From: a bacterium
GTDB taxonomy: Bacteria; Zhuqueibacterota; Zhuqueibacteria; Oceanimicrobiales; Oceanimicrobiaceae
NCBI GenBank assembly: GCA_046757165.1
Contig: JBHHXT010000073.1
Location: forward strand, 1 to 21,049
Length of the DNA: 21,049 nucleotides
Direction of reading: 5' to 3'
The position numbers and the translations under genes were made by a program. The notes below the pieces were generated by a model. It was given only the letters and a program-made list of their open reading frames with translations, was not told where the DNA came from and made no database searches. Positions 1 through 7,870 of this stretch are shown piece by piece. Position 1 is the stretch's first letter, and every line of letters starts with the position of its first letter.

Positions 1-112
1 AACATTTGATTAACTGGGACTTACAAAGACACCTTTACAAACGTGCCGCATCATTGCACGGCGGGGCAGCAGGGCGCGATTTCCCTCCTGGCACTGCGCG
101 TTGGTGCAAACG

Positions 113-1093
113 TCAAGCCGTGGGCTGGCGAACGTATTTTTCAGGCTGGGACTCGAATTTCTGCTGACAGCCAGCGCAGCAAAAATAGAACACCGAGCCT
201 TGAAAGTCCGTTTTGTAAAGTGCGGTATCAACAGGAACGCTCATCCCGCAAATGGGATCGATTGCGCCGGGTGTCGGCGTCTGAGTTTTGTCTGCTCCAG
301 GTTCCACGACGGTGCGGCGCCGTTTGACCTCGATAATCTCCGCCAGAATACTCACGGCAATTTCCTCGGGCGTCGTGGCGCCGATGTCCAGCCCGGCGGG
401 CGCTTTCACACGCTGCCAATCATTCCTGCTGACCCCTTTATTTTTCAAGTAGTCGAAAATGGCGGTCGCTCGTTTTTTGCTGGCGATCAAGGCAATATAG
501 GGCGCCCGGGTCGACAACGCATGTTTCACCGCCTCTTCATCATAGCGGCCGTGCGTGGCAATGACGATGTGGGCGTGCGGGGAGTCTTTGATGTCGCTAA
601 GATCGAGTTCGGTGCAAAGGGTACAATTCTCAGGGAAGGAGCCCGGTGTAATCTCGGGATCGAAAACCAGGAGCTCGAAAGACATGACCTCGCCCAGGCA
701 GGCCAAAGCCTGCAAGTCGGGAGAATTGCCGATCAAAACAAGCTGCGGCTTTTGCAGCACGGGTTCGATGAAAACCTCCATGGTTCCTCCGCTGTAGCAG
801 GTCATTTCAAAATTGAGCACGTTGTTGTTTTCGCCAAACATGGCTGCTTCCGGGGCACCGATTTTGAGCAATTTCGGCACGCCGTCCTCGAGCGCTTTTA
901 GTGCTTCTCGAATCACGATTGGCTGCGCGCAGCTTCCGCCGATCCATCCGAACAGGGTTCCGTCTTGCTGGATCAGGGCTTTTGCGCCGGGCCTGGCCGA
1001 GGTGGGTTTTTCACAGCTCACCACCGTTGCGAGCACAAAGGGTTTGCGCTTCTGCCTGAGGTCGAGGATTTTTGTCAGCAACAAGTCGTCCAT
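113..1093 (-). CDS. XdhC/CoxF-family molybdenum-hydroxylase maturation protein with C-terminal YHS domain
   Basis: N-terminal XdhC/CoxI-type segment (FVLATVV...SARPGAKALI...GWIGGSC), MTCYSGGTMEVFIEP and the XdhC Rossmann part (ATHGRYDE, YIALIASKKR, APAGLDIGATTPEEIAVSILAEI). The C-terminus has the YHS/TRASH pattern DPICGMSV...FYFCCAGC. Lies downstream of coxL on the same strand. Confidence 0.9.
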   Translation of the reverse strand: MDDLLLTKILDLRQKRKPFVLATVVSCEKPTSARPGAKALIQQDGTLFGWIGGSCAQPIVIREALKALEDGVPKLLKIGAPEAAMFGENNNVLNFEMTCYSGGTMEVFIEPVLQKPQLVLIGNSPDLQALACLGEVMSFELLVFDPEITPGSFPENCTLCTELDLSDIKDSPHAHIVIATHGRYDEEAVKHALSTRAPYIALIASKKRATAIFDYLKNKGVSRNDWQRVKAPAGLDIGATTPEEIAVSILAEIIEVKRRRTVVEPGADKTQTPTPGAIDPICGMSVPVDTALYKTDFQGSVFYFCCAGCQQKFESQPEKYVRQPTA

Positions 1094-1281
1094 GTCAAGT
1101 TCAGGTTGAAATTGGAATGGGGCTTGTCCAGCGAGTCAGATGTCATTGCAAGGGCGCACCCTCCCGTGCTGCCCGGGAGAGAACTTCTTCACGTTGAAAA
1201 GCATGGGACTCGCGCAATGACAGGCCATCTCTCTTTGACAGTGCAGCCTGCCGAACTTTTGATTTTCTTGCAAAAAAATCA

Positions 1282-1392
1282 AACCGCAAAGACGCAATGA
1301 ACGCAAAGGTCAAAATATGATAGATTATTGACTGATCGTTAGAGCCCGTTTCCCAAAATTAGAACCTTTGCGAGTTTTGCGCCTTTGCGGTT
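1282..1392. repeat. Degenerate inverted repeat built from ~9-nt CGCAAAG-NN units
   Basis: AACCGCAAAGACGCAATGAACGCAAAGGT (1282-1310) matches the reverse complement of 1364-1392 (AACCGCAAAGGCGCAAAACTCGCAAAGGT) at 24/29 positions. A small hairpin ATTGCGGC-TTT-GCCGCGAT follows at 1402-1420. Confidence 0.8.
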
Positions 1393-1479
1393 AATAATTC
1401 TATTGCGGCTTTGCCGCGATTGGAAATGCTGAAGCATTTCACTCCTTGTTCATTCTGCCTTCGATGAATAGTATTTAAT

Positions 1480-1562
1480 CTCACGCAAAGAACACGGAGC
1501 GCGCAGAGTTTGTTTGTTTTTTTGACCTTCATTTCTCTGCGAACTTTGCGGCTTTGCGTGAG
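1480..1562. repeat. Second CGCAAAG/CGCAGAG-unit inverted repeat, immediately 3' of coxL
   Basis: CTCACGCAAAG...CGCAGAG (1480-1508) pairs with CTCTGCG...CTTTGCGTGAG (1535-1562) around a T-rich spacer; the outer 11 bp are perfect. Confidence 0.8.
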
Positions 1563-1571
1563 CCAATACGT

Positions 1572-3929
1572 TCATTCGACGACACCCTTCTCTTTCAGGA
1601 TCTTCCAAACCTTGTGCGGCGTGATTGGAATGTCGATGTGCTTGACGCCGAGATGGGACAACGCGTCAACCACGGCGTTGGCGATTGCCGGCGGCGCCCC
1701 GACGGTGGCGGATTCGCCGACGCCTTTGGCCCCAAGGGGATGGTGTGGCGAAGGCGTGCAGGTTTTGTCTGTCTCCCAATTGGGCGTCTCGACCGCCGTC
1801 GGGACCAAGTAATCCATCAAAGTGCCGGTCAGGCAGGTGCCCTGGTCATCGTAGATGATTTCCTCGAACAAAGCGGGCGCCAACCCCTGGGTCAGGCCGC
1901 CGTGAATCTGGCCTTCGACGATCATGGGGTTGATGATATTGCCGCAATCGTCTACGGCGACGAACCGGCGAATCTTGACTTCGCCGGTCTGGTTGTCGAT
2001 GTCAACGACGCAAACATAGCTACCGAACGGAAAAGTCAGGTTCGGGGGATCGTAGTAGGAAACGGCCTCCAGACCCGCCTCCATGCCCTGAGGATGGTTG
2101 GTGTAGGCGGCAAAGGCGACTTCCTGAATGGTTTTCGCCTTGTTGGGCGAGCCTTTCACGAAGAACTTGCCGGCTTCGTATTCCATATCTTCTTCTGCTG
2201 CTTCCAGCAGGTGGGCCGCGATCTTCTTCGCCTTGTCCCTGATTTTGCGCGAGGCCATGGCCATGGCAGCGCCGGCGGTCGGTGTGCTGCGGCTGGCGTA
2301 GGTGCCCAGGCCGTACGGACAGGTATCGGTGTCGCCATGTTCCACCACAATGTCGTCGACCGGAATGCCCAGCTCCTCGGCAATGATTTGCGCAAAGGTC
2401 GTTTCGTGGCCCTGACCCTGCGTTTGCACCCCGATGCGCGCAATGACTTTGCCCGTGGGGTGAATCCGAATCTCAGAGCTGTCGAACATCTTGAGTCCCA
2501 AAATATCGAACGTGTGAGAAGGGCCGGCTCCGACGATTTCGGTAAAGCTCGAAATGCCGATTCCCATCAGCTCACCTTTCTTGCGCTTCTCCGCTTGCTC
2601 TCTGCGCAGATCGTCATAACCGATCTTGTCCAGGGCCAGCTTCAGGGCTGCGGGATAATTACCGCTGTCATATTCCCAGCCCAAAGCGGATTTGTAGGGA
2701 AACGCCTCCGGTGGGATGAAGTTCTTCAACCGCAGCTCAGCCGGGTCCATTTTCAGCTCCTGTGCCAGGACGTCCACCATGCGCTCGATGGTGTGGACTG
2801 CTTCGGTCACGCGAAAGGAACAGCGGTAGGCGATGCCACCGGGAGGTTTGTTGGTGTAGGCCGCGTCCACCTCGGCAAAGGCATGCTTCAAGTCATAAGA
2901 CCCCGTGCAGATAGAAAACAAACCGGCGGGAAATTTGGATGGATTTGCGGCAGCATCGGTATAGCCGTGGTCCGCGATGGTTTTGATGCGCAGCGCGGTC
3001 ATGGTGCCGTCGTTCTTGGCAGCCATCTCGGCCCGGATGCGGTAGTCCCGCCCGAAGGAATCGGCTTGCAGATTCTCAGAGCGGTCTTCGATCCATTTGA
3101 CCGGGGCCCCGGTCAGGAAAGAGACCGCGACAGCAATCACATAGCCGGGATAGACCGGCACCTTGCCCCCAAATCCGCCGCCGATGTCCGGTGAGATGAC
3201 CCGGATTTTGTGCTCCGCCAAACCCACGTGTCCAGCCACAAGTGCGAAGACCGTGCGGATGGCATGCGGCGCCTGGGTGGTCATCCAGACGGTCAGCTTC
3301 TCGGTCACCTTGTCATAGCTGGCCACGCAGCCGCAGGTTTCGATCGAGCACACGTGGATTCTCGGGATGTATAATTCTTGCGCCACCTTGACGTCTGCTT
3401 CATCAAAGGCTTTGTCAGTGGCAGCTTTGTCGCCCGCCTCCCAGTGAAAAATATGATTGTCTTGCTTGCCCTCTTTGTCTGTCCGCAGCACCGGGGCGCC
3501 CGGTTTGAGCGCTTCGCGCGGATCGACGACCGGCGTCAGCGGCTCATACTCGACCTCGATCAAATCCAGTGCGTCAGCCGCGAGGTAGCGCTCTGTGGCG
3601 ATAACAGCGGCAACCTCCTGAGCATAGTACATGACTTTGTCCGTTGGCAACACCATTTGTGTATCGGACATCAGGGTTGGCATCCAGTGCAGATTGTACT
3701 TTTCCAAATCCTTCCCAGTGATAACCGCTGCGACGCCAGGCATCGCCAGGGCCTTTTCAGCATTGATGGATTTTATTTTGGCATGGGCATAAGGGCTTCT
3801 CAAGATGTCCATGTAGAGCATGCCGGGAAGCTTGACATCATCGACATAGGTCCCTTTGCCCCGAATAAACCTGGGATCTTCTTTGCGCTTGACACGGCAG
3901 CCCATTCCGCCAATTTTGGGATCCGTCAT
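1572..3929 (-). CDS. coxL: Aerobic carbon monoxide dehydrogenase large subunit, form I (Mo-Cu)
   Basis: 785-aa molybdopterin hydroxylase large subunit (RKEDPRFIRGKG, IGGGFGGK, QGQGHET, EGQIHGG, GAKGVGE). Active-site loop AYRCSFR matches the form I signature AYXCSFR. Gene order M-S-L is the form I arrangement. Confidence 0.96.
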   Translation of the reverse strand: MTDPKIGGMGCRVKRKEDPRFIRGKGTYVDDVKLPGMLYMDILRSPYAHAKIKSINAEKALAMPGVAAVITGKDLEKYNLHWMPTLMSDTQMVLPTDKVMYYAQEVAAVIATERYLAADALDLIEVEYEPLTPVVDPREALKPGAPVLRTDKEGKQDNHIFHWEAGDKAATDKAFDEADVKVAQELYIPRIHVCSIETCGCVASYDKVTEKLTVWMTTQAPHAIRTVFALVAGHVGLAEHKIRVISPDIGGGFGGKVPVYPGYVIAVAVSFLTGAPVKWIEDRSENLQADSFGRDYRIRAEMAAKNDGTMTALRIKTIADHGYTDAAANPSKFPAGLFSICTGSYDLKHAFAEVDAAYTNKPPGGIAYRCSFRVTEAVHTIERMVDVLAQELKMDPAELRLKNFIPPEAFPYKSALGWEYDSGNYPAALKLALDKIGYDDLRREQAEKRKKGELMGIGISSFTEIVGAGPSHTFDILGLKMFDSSEIRIHPTGKVIARIGVQTQGQGHETTFAQIIAEELGIPVDDIVVEHGDTDTCPYGLGTYASRSTPTAGAAMAMASRKIRDKAKKIAAHLLEAAEEDMEYEAGKFFVKGSPNKAKTIQEVAFAAYTNHPQGMEAGLEAVSYYDPPNLTFPFGSYVCVVDIDNQTGEVKIRRFVAVDDCGNIINPMIVEGQIHGGLTQGLAPALFEEIIYDDQGTCLTGTLMDYLVPTAVETPNWETDKTCTPSPHHPLGAKGVGESATVGAPPAIANAVVDALSHLGVKHIDIPITPHKVWKILKEKGVVE

Positions 3930-3933
3930 CTCC

Positions 3934-4413
3934 TCAACTCCTTGTTTTCATTTTGTTCGCAGCATAGTGAACAGACTTGACGATATTCACATAGCCGGTG
4001 CAGCGGCACAGATTGCCGGAAATCGCCTGTCGAATATCGTCTTCGGTTGGGTCAGGATTTTTAACCAGCAGCTCGGCCGCGGTCATCATCATCCCCGGTG
4101 TGCAGTAACCGCACTGCAGCCCATGTTCTTCCCAAAATCCCTCTTGCAGGGCGTGCAGTTCGCCATTTTGCTCCAGGCCTTCCACGGTTGCGATTTCCCG
4201 GCCGTTGGCCTGCACCGCAAACAGGGTACACGATTTGACCGCTTGCCCGTCTAACAAAACCGTACACGCGCCACAGTTGCTGGTGTCACAGCCAATATGC
4301 GTTCCGGTCAGGTTCAAATTCTCACGAATGAAATGAACCAGGAGCAATCTGGGCTCGACATCCGCAGAATGTTCCTGCCCGTTGACCGTGATCGTGATCG
4401 ACTTTGTGGTCAT
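3934..4413 (-). CDS. coxS: CO dehydrogenase small subunit, two [2Fe-2S] clusters
   Basis: [12 protein letters not shown]...C and LQCGYCTPG...GNLCRCTGY motifs; sits between coxM and coxL with 2- and 4-nt gaps. Confidence 0.95.
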   Translation of the reverse strand: MTTKSITITVNGQEHSADVEPRLLLVHFIRENLNLTGTHIGCDTSNCGACTVLLDGQAVKSCTLFAVQANGREIATVEGLEQNGELHALQEGFWEEHGLQCGYCTPGMMMTAAELLVKNPDPTEDDIRQAISGNLCRCTGYVNIVKSVHYAANKMKTRS

Positions 4414-4415
4414 GT

Positions 4416-5291
4416 CTAACTCCCTCCTTTCGCTCTGGCGACTGCTTTGTTCAAGGCCCGCCGGGTTAGGGTGTTTACCAGAGAGCGTTTATATTCTTCC
4501 GTGCCGCGCAAGTCATCGGTCGGGTCTGCCGCCGCCGCGGCCAACTTGCCCGCCTCTTTGGTCGCTGCTTCATCGGGTTTCTTCCCCAGCAGATAGTCGA
4601 TGGCGTCCCGGGCTTTGATGGGGACATTGCCCACATTGGTCAGGCCAATGCCGACGTGTTTGCACGTCCCGTCCGCGTCCAACGTAACTTGTGCGGCGAC
4701 TGCGGCGATGGCGTAATCTCCGACTTTGCGTTCCAGTTTGATGTAGGCACCGCCGCTGTTGGCAGGCGGTGTCGGAATGCGCACCTCGGTCAAGATTTCG
4801 TCAGCGCGGAGCTGCGTCGTCAGCAAGTCGACGAAAAACGCCTCGGCGGGAATGGTTCGGCTGCCGCCGGGCCCCGTTACCACCACCTGAGCTTCCAGGG
4901 CGATCATGGTGGCCGGATGGTCATTCGCCGGGTCGCCGTGCGCCAGGTTGCCGCCCACCGTGGCCATATTTCTGACCAGCGGGTCCGCGATCACCTTTGC
5001 CGTGTCGAGCAGAATGGGATAGTTCTGCGCTACGAGGTTGGATGCCTCCAGGGCCGCCTCTTTGGTCAACGCACCGATGCTCAAGTAGCCGTTCTCTTCC
5101 TTGATATGATCCAGGTCGTCGATCTGACCGATGTCGATGACATAGGGAGGTGCAGCCAGGCGAAGTTTCATCATGGGAATCAAACTGTGCCCGCCGGACA
5201 AGATTTTGGCCTCCTCTCCATATTTTGTCAGCAGGGAGAGCGCCTCAGTGAGCGAGGCCGGCGAAAAGTATTCAAATGACGGTGGAATCAT
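4416..5291 (-). CDS. coxM: CO dehydrogenase medium subunit, FAD-binding
   Basis: [11 protein letters not shown] start, [16 protein letters not shown] and [21 protein letters not shown]-binding motifs; strong SD (AAGGAGGTG) just upstream on the minus strand. Confidence 0.95.
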   Translation of the reverse strand: MIPPSFEYFSPASLTEALSLLTKYGEEAKILSGGHSLIPMMKLRLAAPPYVIDIGQIDDLDHIKEENGYLSIGALTKEAALEASNLVAQNYPILLDTAKVIADPLVRNMATVGGNLAHGDPANDHPATMIALEAQVVVTGPGGSRTIPAEAFFVDLLTTQLRADEILTEVRIPTPPANSGGAYIKLERKVGDYAIAAVAAQVTLDADGTCKHVGIGLTNVGNVPIKARDAIDYLLGKKPDEAATKEAGKLAAAAADPTDDLRGTEEYKRSLVNTLTRRALNKAVARAKGGS

Positions 5292-5446
5292 AGGCCACCT
5301 CCTTGGTTTGATGAGTGAGTCCCTGAGTTGTCAACTCGAGAACACTGATGACCCTATTATGTAAGTTACAGCGACAGTCTTTTCTTGGGATTCAGGGGTC
5401 CAGAATTAGGGTGTTCACGCTTTGGCGTGTTTTCCCCTCCACCCCA

Positions 5447-5491
5447 GCAAGCCCCGATTCCTTAATTCTATAGTAATTGAGTCGGGGCAAG
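5447..5491. repeat. Hairpin GCAAGCCCCG...GTCGGGGCAAG, nested in a looser REP-like inverted pair (about 5410-5507)
   Basis: GCCCCGATTC pairs with GAGTCGGGGC, and the inner TAATT/AATTG also pairs. The same terminal sequences recur at 12356-12405. Confidence 0.6.
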
Positions 5492-5738
5492 CTCAAGCTC
5501 GTACACCGACCTCCCCGGTCAGGAACCACTCAGTTCAGGCGATTCATGTGATTTGATCCGGAGTAAATGAGCGCCTAAGCCCCAGCGCGTCGACGCGGAC
5601 TTGGCTCAGTAGAGAGTTCCCTGCGGGCGGGAAAAGGGACGATATTCCACACGGATCAAAAACCCACACGGATTTCTCAAATCAAATTAAATTAAGATAG
5701 TCTTCCGTGTCTGCGTCCCTAATACGATTGACAACAAA

Positions 5739-6185
5739 TTATTTTGATCGTTCGGCGAGCTGTTTTTCCAGGGATTTGAAACCTTGATTCACAAACATCT
5801 TGGCCGCTGCGCCAACAATTCTCTGACCCACCGCAGCAATGGGGCCACCGATTTGATTGCTGGCCGTGTAGTGGAGCCGGGTTTCGTCGCCCTGCGCCTC
5901 GAGCCGGATGAAGACCTCACCGTTTAGAAAGCCACGAGCGCCCTTTCCTGCCAGTGTTAATCGAAAGCTTTCAGGCGGGTCTTTGTCCAGAAGTCTGATG
6001 GCTGTCGAGTAAACTCCCTTGACCGCCGCAATCCCGATGGTCATTTTTGCGTCATACGCGTCCTCTGCAACCTCTTCCATTTGTTCACATCCCGGAATGG
6101 CGTTGGCGATGACCTCTGGGTCCATCAGCAGCTCCCAAACCTGCTGGCGCGGCGCTGACAAAACATGTGAGCCTTCCAAATTCAT
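5739..6185 (-). CDS. coxG: CoxG-like protein (SRPBCC/START fold), without a C-terminal membrane anchor
   Basis: 148 aa; APRQQVWELLMDPEVIANAIPGCE and QIGGPIAAVGQRIVGAAAK are typical of CoxG. AAGGA SD upstream; adjacent to coxMSL. Confidence 0.88.
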   Translation of the reverse strand: MNLEGSHVLSAPRQQVWELLMDPEVIANAIPGCEQMEEVAEDAYDAKMTIGIAAVKGVYSTAIRLLDKDPPESFRLTLAGKGARGFLNGEVFIRLEAQGDETRLHYTASNQIGGPIAAVGQRIVGAAAKMFVNQGFKSLEKQLAERSK

Positions 6186-6274
6186 AGAGCGTTCCTTTTG
6201 TGGGATTGGGTGTCAGATTTTTGTGAGAAGCAAGACGAGCGCTCGAGCTGCAGAAATCTCCGGTCGCGAAAGTC

Positions 6275-6303
6275 AATATAGCGATACAAACATTTCTTGT
6301 CAA
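6275..6303 (-). promoter_or_regulatory. Sigma70-type promoter for coxG and probably the cox block
   Basis: Minus strand TTGACA (6303-6298), 17-nt spacer, TATATT (6280-6275), about 90 nt upstream of the coxG ATG. Confidence 0.7.
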
Positions 6304-6522
6304 CCGAAATCGTGCAAAGAAACCTCTGATAGTTAATAACGAATAGAGCAGCACGATTATTTCACGGTTGACACACAAGGCGCGATAAGAAATTCTAATT
6401 CTTTCTGTCAGTGATAGCAAAGCAATCGTGTAAATATTAAGTGACCAAAAAACAAAGCCTTAAAGGCGATCAATTTTTTGATGTGGAAAGAGAGAGTACC
6501 AAATTAACAGGACAATGAGATA

Positions 6523-6569
6523 TTAAAATAATAAAAAACCTTGACATTCTTCGTCCTATTTGTTACACT
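6523..6569 (+). promoter_or_regulatory. Strong sigma70-type promoter for the radical SAM cluster
   Basis: TTGACA (6541-6546), 17-nt spacer ending in TGn (extended -10), TACACT (6564-6569), preceded by an A-rich UP-like tract TTAAAATAATAAAAAA. Confidence 0.78.
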
Positions 6570-6575
6570 CTGGTA

Positions 6576-6862
6576 ACTATCGAGGAGAGAGACTTCCAGG
6601 TGTCGTGGGCGAGTGTGTTGCACCGCTCACGATGAACACGGGGGATGCCGATAGCTGGAGGGAATGTCCGGGGCTTTCACTTGTAAGAAGTGAGCTATTC
6701 CTTTTCGTTATTACCTGAATATCTGTCGCCTATTGCTGTTCACCCTTTAAGTCCACAAAGTATTGGCATTGCTTCGCATGTCAACGTGGACACGTGCCTT
6801 CCTTTTACTTTGCTGATTTAGTCTCGTTAGTCTGATCATGACCTTCTATTGATTAATGGACA
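6576..6862 (+). promoter_or_regulatory. Long, structured putative 5' leader; no known riboswitch class recognised
   Basis: Stems found by eye: 6602-6611/6624-6633, 6592-6598/6655-6661, 6677-6682/6688-6693, 6657-6665/6697-6705, and 6751-6756/6786-6791 with inner TTGGCAT/ATGTCAA. Confidence 0.4.
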
Positions 6863-7870
6863 ATGAGTGGGACAGTGGCCGAAACTGTTTTTCGCACCAG
6901 TAAGCTTTGTGGTGATTCTGTTCGTGATCTGAATATCCTCGAAATTCATATGGAGTCGCCTTATACCATCGTGAAGTTGACGAATGGCGACCTGGGCGTC
7001 GCCTTCAACTTTGATCATGAATCGCAGCCCTTCAAGATATGTGAAAATCGACACAACTGGCCAGCCATAGCGACGGGGTTGCTAGATAGAGCCCGGACTG
7101 ATACGCTGCTAACCGACCACGAACCCAGGGAACTCTACGAGCTTTCAGTGCAGGTTGCAACCTCGAGTGCCCTGTCTCAGAGCCAGAATATCCGCGATAA
7201 GGATCTTGCTGACAATGGACTCATTGTTGACGACTTTCCGATCCCACTGGCAGACATTTCTAGAAAGGGAGACACGGTTAGTGTTATCGGTTTTGGGGGC
7301 TATTTCTGTCAAGCGCTATATGACCCCAATGTGCACCAGGTTCTTGTGTCGGATCTTTTGTTGAGTAGATCTTCAGAGATGCAGGAGAACGCTGCCAGGT
7401 TTCTGCAACAGTTTCCGAATAAGCTGCAATTCTTTGACGACGCTGTCAGCAGCGAAGCCATCGTGTTAGAGGCGGACGTGGCGTGCATTACTGCCTCCGC
7501 GCTGTGCAATGGAACGATGGATGGCCTGCTGCAAGCGGCCCGAGAGGGAAAGTGTCGTGAGGTGATCGTGTATGGCCATAGCGGTGGAATGCTCTCAGGT
7601 CCGCTTTTTGAACATGGGGTCACGATCCACCTCAGGCCCAGAATCAAAAGAGCCTTTCTCGCTGAGACGAAGAAGTTCATGTCAAGAATCAAAGACCCTG
7701 AAGTTCGGTCGGTTGTCAGGACGGTACTGCAAGAGGACAATTTTTATGATTTTATTGACGTTAACCTCAAAGCTGTTACCGTGAAAGAAAAACCAATCTC
7801 CTTTGCAAAGATCAGGCGATCTTTGAAGAAGAAAACAACAAATGGGCTTCACTGTTCATGTATTATTTGA
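6863..7870 (+). CDS. DUF364-like protein (N-terminal enolase-like domain plus Rossmann-like domain; family proposed to act in heavy-metal chelation)
   Basis: 335 aa; YTIVKLTNGDLGVAF in the N-domain, TVSVIGFGG, and ADVACITASALCNGTMDGLL...VIVYGHSGG...LFEHGV, resembling the DUF364 pattern ITG(S/T)xxxNGTxxxLL...GPS...LFxxGV. Overlaps the next start codon by 13 nt. Confidence 0.72.
   Translation: MSGTVAETVFRTSKLCGDSVRDLNILEIHMESPYTIVKLTNGDLGVAFNFDHESQPFKICENRHNWPAIATGLLDRARTDTLLTDHEPRELYELSVQVATSSALSQSQNIRDKDLADNGLIVDDFPIPLADISRKGDTVSVIGFGGYFCQALYDPNVHQVLVSDLLLSRSSEMQENAARFLQQFPNKLQFFDDAVSSEAIVLEADVACITASALCNGTMDGLLQAAREGKCREVIVYGHSGGMLSGPLFEHGVTIHLRPRIKRAFLAETKKFMSRIKDPEVRSVVRTVLQEDNFYDFIDVNLKAVTVKEKPISFAKIRRSLKKKTTNGLHCSCII

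Noticed and set aside
1282..1562. CRISPR array or complete IS element
   Set aside because: The repeats are inverted and degenerate, with no constant repeat-spacer periodicity and no cas or transposase gene.
1554..3194. 546-aa plus-strand ORF, and similar ORFs at 101-901, 3378-3980, 3856-4254 and 4656-5279
   Set aside because: Antisense shadows of the well-supported cox genes; no recognisable motifs.
6085..6420. 111-aa minus-strand ORF and 105-aa plus-strand ORF (6019-6336)
   Set aside because: They overlap coxG and its promoter, use non-ATG starts and show no recognisable domain.
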